A stretch of DNA of 64,000 nucleotides from the NCBI GenBank assembly GCA_045159875.1, contig CP067995.1, forward strand, positions 64,001-128,000. The letters run 5' to 3'. Origin of the DNA: a cyanobacterium endosymbiont of Rhopalodia gibba. GTDB lineage: Bacteria > Cyanobacteriota > Cyanobacteriia > Cyanobacteriales > Microcystaceae. Numbering within the stretch: position 1 is the stretch's first letter; every line of letters begins with the position of its first letter. The translations under genes and the position numbers were made by a program. Shown here one piece after another: positions 60,094 through 64,000 of this stretch. The notes under the pieces are model-generated. The model was not told the origin of the DNA. It saw only the letters and a program-made list of their open reading frames with translations, and ran no database searches.

Positions 60094-60962
60094 ACAAGAC
60101 TAAATTCACTTAAGTTAGTCTTAGCCTATTTTTGAAGTTATAAATAACTCATTAGATTATTAGATTATTAAAATTGACTAGCGAGTCCTAAAGTAATTAG
60201 GTGTAATCAATAAATTTATAGTTAGTTAGCGTTAATGATGGCTAAAAAATTAGCTCTTTAAGTTAATCTTGATCTTAGTTTGTAGCATTAGAACTTAAGT
60301 TTAGTCTCCTCATTTTTTTAAAAAAAATTATGATTAAATAATAATTCTTTTTTAAAAAATACTAATATAACTAACTTTTTCTCTTGTCTTTCTACATTTT
60401 ACGGCGTAGTATCTTTCTCCTTTAGGATCATAACTATATGAATAATTTTCTCTATTATCAAATAGATCTTTATCTACAGATATTCTTCTGCCTTTAACAA
60501 TTGATTTCAGGTTTGTAAACAAATTACTTAAATTTATTTATTTCTTAATATCCATAAGCTTTTTCAGGTTATTATTGATGTTTAGTACGTATAACTTATA
60601 TACTGTTGAGTAATATTTTTACCCCATGATCGAGCGATCTCTATTTTAGTTTTAACATCACTTTGGTAAACAAATAACTTAAAATTATATTTGTTCTTCA
60701 CTATGTCCTACTTATTCATGAGTGATTGCTGTGTAAGATCCTGTTTTTCTTAACGTTTTTAACCATAAATTCGAAGTATTGTAACTAAGTTTGAATAAAC
60801 AACATATCTTGATTTTATTGTGTGTTTTTTATGCTGTTTCAACCACTTTTTGGAGTAAATTATAACCATAAGGTGTCGGCATAACTGATAGTACTCACTT
60901 GAGTATTTTATTATTTCTTGTCTGATTAGAAAACTGCCTTAACATTTTTTTGTAGTACAAAA

Positions 60963-63791
60963 TCAATAATTCGAGTTATTTTGCATATTGAGAAATTGAG
61001 TAAATTCTGGCTGAAATAAAAGTTTAATGGGACCAGTTGGTCCATTTCGGTGTTTTGTGATAATTATTTCTGCAATTCCCCTATCTGCAGTGTCAGCATT
61101 ATAATACTCATCGCGATATAACATCATAATTAAATCAGCATCCTGTTCAATTGCCCCACTTTCTCTTAAATCTGACATCATAGGACGTTTATTATTTCTT
61201 GTTTCAACAGCACGACTTAACTGAGATAGAGCAACAACAGGAACATTTACCTCTCGGGCTAACCCTTTTAAAGAACGGGTAATTTTAGATAATTCTTGAG
61301 TTCTATTTTCACTACCTCCCCCTTCCATTAATTGCAAATAATCAATCAAAACTAACCCTAAGTCTCCCTTTTGTTCTGCTTTTAAACGTCTTATCTGAGA
61401 ACGAATCTGCATTACGGTTATATTAGCAGTATCATCAATATAAATGGGCATTTCTGATAAATTACCCAAGGCTAAACTTAACTGTTCATATTCATTTTGG
61501 ACAAATCTTCCCGTCCGCAAACGATTTCCTTCAATTCTCGACTCAGCGGCCAATAATCTTAAGGAAAGTTGTTCTTTTGACATTTCTAAGCTAAAGATAG
61601 CTATAGGTAGTTTACTATTTTTGGCAATATTAGCAGTCATCGCTAAGCCGAAAGCTGTGTTATGTACACAAATGTCATTAGCAACAAAATTATGAGTTTC
61701 CGGAATAGTTAAATCATAGACTTGTTGTTTCCCAGTATATTCAATTGAGGCAATTTCATCCCAATAAACCTCACTTGTTGCTAGTGCTAGTGGCTCTAAA
61801 GATAAATCATCTACAGTTAGGGCTGATTTCAAGAGTTTATTTCGTGACAATGCTCGTTTATGAAAACGAAGATTATCATAGCTTTTAACCCCTGCTATTT
61901 TTTCTATATCTGTCCAAACTTTATTCTCTTTAGAAAAAGCTATTTCTTGCCAAATTTCCATTGGAATAAAGTCGCAATTAGTTTGATATTTTTTTCTTAC
62001 TAAAGCTTTTTTAGCTAAGTCAATTACTTTTTCTTTTCCAAAAATTCCTATCTCGTCAACAAAGATTTTAATTGATTGAGCATCAGTAATATTAATTTGC
62101 CAGGTTATTCTATAATGACTTTTGTATTTAGAAAAATTTTTTTTCAGACTAGCAAGTATACCAAATCTTAGCAATAAATGTTGGATTTGACGAGTTAAAC
62201 TTCCACTTAATGAACAATAACCCAGTTGAACTTGTCCACTTTCAACAACAGAAATCCATCCATCAGTAGCAAACAAGCGATTAAGAAACAAACTCAATAG
62301 TTGGGGCTGTAACTCAAAAATAATTGACGGGATAGTTTTATTGTAAACATTTTTACCCCATAAACCTAATTCTTGTAACCAAGTCTTTAATGAATTTTTT
62401 CCATTATCGCTAATACTAGCTATTTCATAATAAGCGAGTTTCTGGAAATCAACTTCTAAAATTTGACATAGATTATCAAAATTTTTTGTATTTAGAACAT
62501 AGTTTTTATGCTTCCAATCATAGATCAAAGAAGGATGAATTCTTAATAATTTTGCTAATTTTTGATCAGACAAATTATTAGATTTAGTTACTTTCTTAAG
62601 ATAATTTGTAAAGATTGTACGATGAATTCTAATAAATTCCAAATCTCCTCTTGTATAAAAACTTGAAGTTCTTGTCCGTCGTGAAGTTTTGCGCCTTACT
62701 TTTACTCCTTTAAACTTACTGACAGATTGAACAAAATCTTTTTGTAGTAAAGGATTATTATTAGTGAATAAAGGATAATCTTTGGTTGAACAACCATCAC
62801 TTATTAAATAGGCTAATAATTTAACTTGATGATTGGGAAGTGTTCTCGTTCCAAAAATATTAATTTTTCGAGGAATGGCGATTTTATCACCTAGTTTTAG
62901 TTGTGAAAGTTGCTGCCACCCCTGAATAGTTAAATAAGGGTGGGTTAAGGTTGTTTCAATATAACGTCCTAGTTTAGTGGTCACTCTAAATACTGGTTTG
63001 ATACCATCATCTATAAAGTTAGATGGATCAGTTATCTTAAACTTCCAATCTTGATTTAACGTTAATAATTGACCCTGACGACGATGATAAATTTCTTCTA
63101 TTGTTACTAAACTGCCGTCAGCTAAAACAATTTCTGAATTAGCTGCTAAACATTTTCCCATAGAAGGCCGTCCTGCAATAATAATTAAATCAGAACGCTG
63201 TAACCCTCCTGTCATAGCATCTAAGTCATAAAAATCCGTTTGAATTCCAGGTAAAGATATTTTTTGATGACGTTTTTCTAATTCACTGTAGGTTTGTACC
63301 AAAGTATCAGCAATAGGAATTAATCCTTCTTGAGGACGCTTTTGAGTCAACCTAAAAATTTTCTTTTCTGACTCATCTAAAATTTGGTCTAATTCCTTAG
63401 TAGTTTCAAATCCTAATTCTACTATTTCATGACCGGATGAAATTAATTGACGGCGTAGGTATTTCTCCATTACTATTGAGCTATAACGGTCGATATTGAC
63501 GGCTGAAACTGTACGATCCAATAATTGCATTAATTTATCAACGCCGCCTATTTTTTCGAGAAGTTGATAATCTTCTAAGGAACTTTTTATCGTTAGCAAA
63601 TCAACGGGGTTTCCTTGAACGTAAAGCTTCAACGCTGCCTCATAGATTTTTTTATGAACCGGAACATAAAAAGCATCTGGGGTAATTAAATCTACTATCC
63701 GCTCCATGGCATTTCGATCCAGTAAAATACCGCCTAAAATGGATTCTTCTGCTTCAATATTTTGGGGAGGTAGGGCATTGTTAGCAACCAT
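60963..63791 (-). CDS. dnaB: Replicative DNA helicase with a 498-aa intein
   Basis: LPPQNIEAEESILG, AGRPSMGK|..|TAF, DYLQLM, ALSQLSRAVE, DLRESGAIEQDAD. Confidence 0.98.
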   Translation of the reverse strand: MVANNALPPQNIEAEESILGGILLDRNAMERIVDLITPDAFYVPVHKKIYEAALKLYVQGNPVDLLTIKSSLEDYQLLEKIGGVDKLMQLLDRTVSAVNIDRYSSIVMEKYLRRQLISSGHEIVELGFETTKELDQILDESEKKIFRLTQKRPQEGLIPIADTLVQTYSELEKRHQKISLPGIQTDFYDLDAMTGGLQRSDLIIIAGRPSMGKCLAANSEIVLADGSLVTIEEIYHRRQGQLLTLNQDWKFKITDPSNFIDDGIKPVFRVTTKLGRYIETTLTHPYLTIQGWQQLSQLKLGDKIAIPRKINIFGTRTLPNHQVKLLAYLISDGCSTKDYPLFTNNNPLLQKDFVQSVSKFKGVKVRRKTSRRTRTSSFYTRGDLEFIRIHRTIFTNYLKKVTKSNNLSDQKLAKLLRIHPSLIYDWKHKNYVLNTKNFDNLCQILEVDFQKLAYYEIASISDNGKNSLKTWLQELGLWGKNVYNKTIPSIIFELQPQLLSLFLNRLFATDGWISVVESGQVQLGYCSLSGSLTRQIQHLLLRFGILASLKKNFSKYKSHYRITWQINITDAQSIKIFVDEIGIFGKEKVIDLAKKALVRKKYQTNCDFIPMEIWQEIAFSKENKVWTDIEKIAGVKSYDNLRFHKRALSRNKLLKSALTVDDLSLEPLALATSEVYWDEIASIEYTGKQQVYDLTIPETHNFVANDICVHNTAFGLAMTANIAKNSKLPIAIFSLEMSKEQLSLRLLAAESRIEGNRLRTGRFVQNEYEQLSLALGNLSEMPIYIDDTANITVMQIRSQIRRLKAEQKGDLGLVLIDYLQLMEGGGSENRTQELSKITRSLKGLAREVNVPVVALSQLSRAVETRNNKRPMMSDLRESGAIEQDADLIMMLYRDEYYNADTADRGIAEIIITKHRNGPTGPIKLLFQPEFTQFLNMQNNSNY
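61659..63152 (-). mobile_element. Intein with LAGLIDADG-type homing endonuclease, inserted in the DnaB P-loop
   Basis: N-term CLAANSE, block B TLTHPY, LLAYLISDG and FLNRLFATDG motifs, VYDLTI...HNFVANDICVHN|T. Confidence 0.96.
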
Positions 63792-64000
63792 AAAGTTACG
63801 GTTTTATAAATCTGGGGTATTAAGAGACTGAGTTATTATACTATAGCGATTACTTATCTACATCTAGTCAACTACCTTAACCTATAAGAAGAAAAAATGA
63901 AGTTGAAAACAAAATAAATTAACATATTGCTATGTATCATAGGACCATTTTTTATGGGAAAGCTTTATGGTAGAAATTCTGTCAAATAAAGAAGGCAAAT

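Overview
AT-rich cyanobacterial DNA (Chroococcales-like proteins) with low coding density. About 35 intact housekeeping and metabolic genes (nadC, trpB, proS, rplI, pyrD, trpC, rnz, ftsW, purK, trpA, ndhL, aroK, rpsU, recA, ruvC, groEL2, intein-containing dnaB, ABC/efflux components) are separated by 1-3.5 kb spacers. The spacers hold decayed pseudogenes (KirBac K+ channel, sulfotransferase, STAS-sugar transferase, Ser/Thr kinase, SDR, pentapeptide proteins) and dead IS remnants (IS630 x2, IS982, IS607, probable TnpB). This pattern fits a host-restricted endosymbiont midway through genome reduction, such as a rhopalodiacean diatom spheroid body; that identity is inferred, not shown. I saw no rRNA, tRNA or CRISPR array, and I cannot support a clearly novel multi-gene system. 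The best leads are a C-to-T erosion signature at HIP1 sites, an intact unannotated 53-aa membrane protein, long perfect palindromes in dead DNA, a P-loop DnaB intein carrying an HTH insert, an intact toxin-antitoxin pair, and a structured CIRCE-controlled groEL2 leader. Pseudogene boundaries are approximate and come from manual translation.
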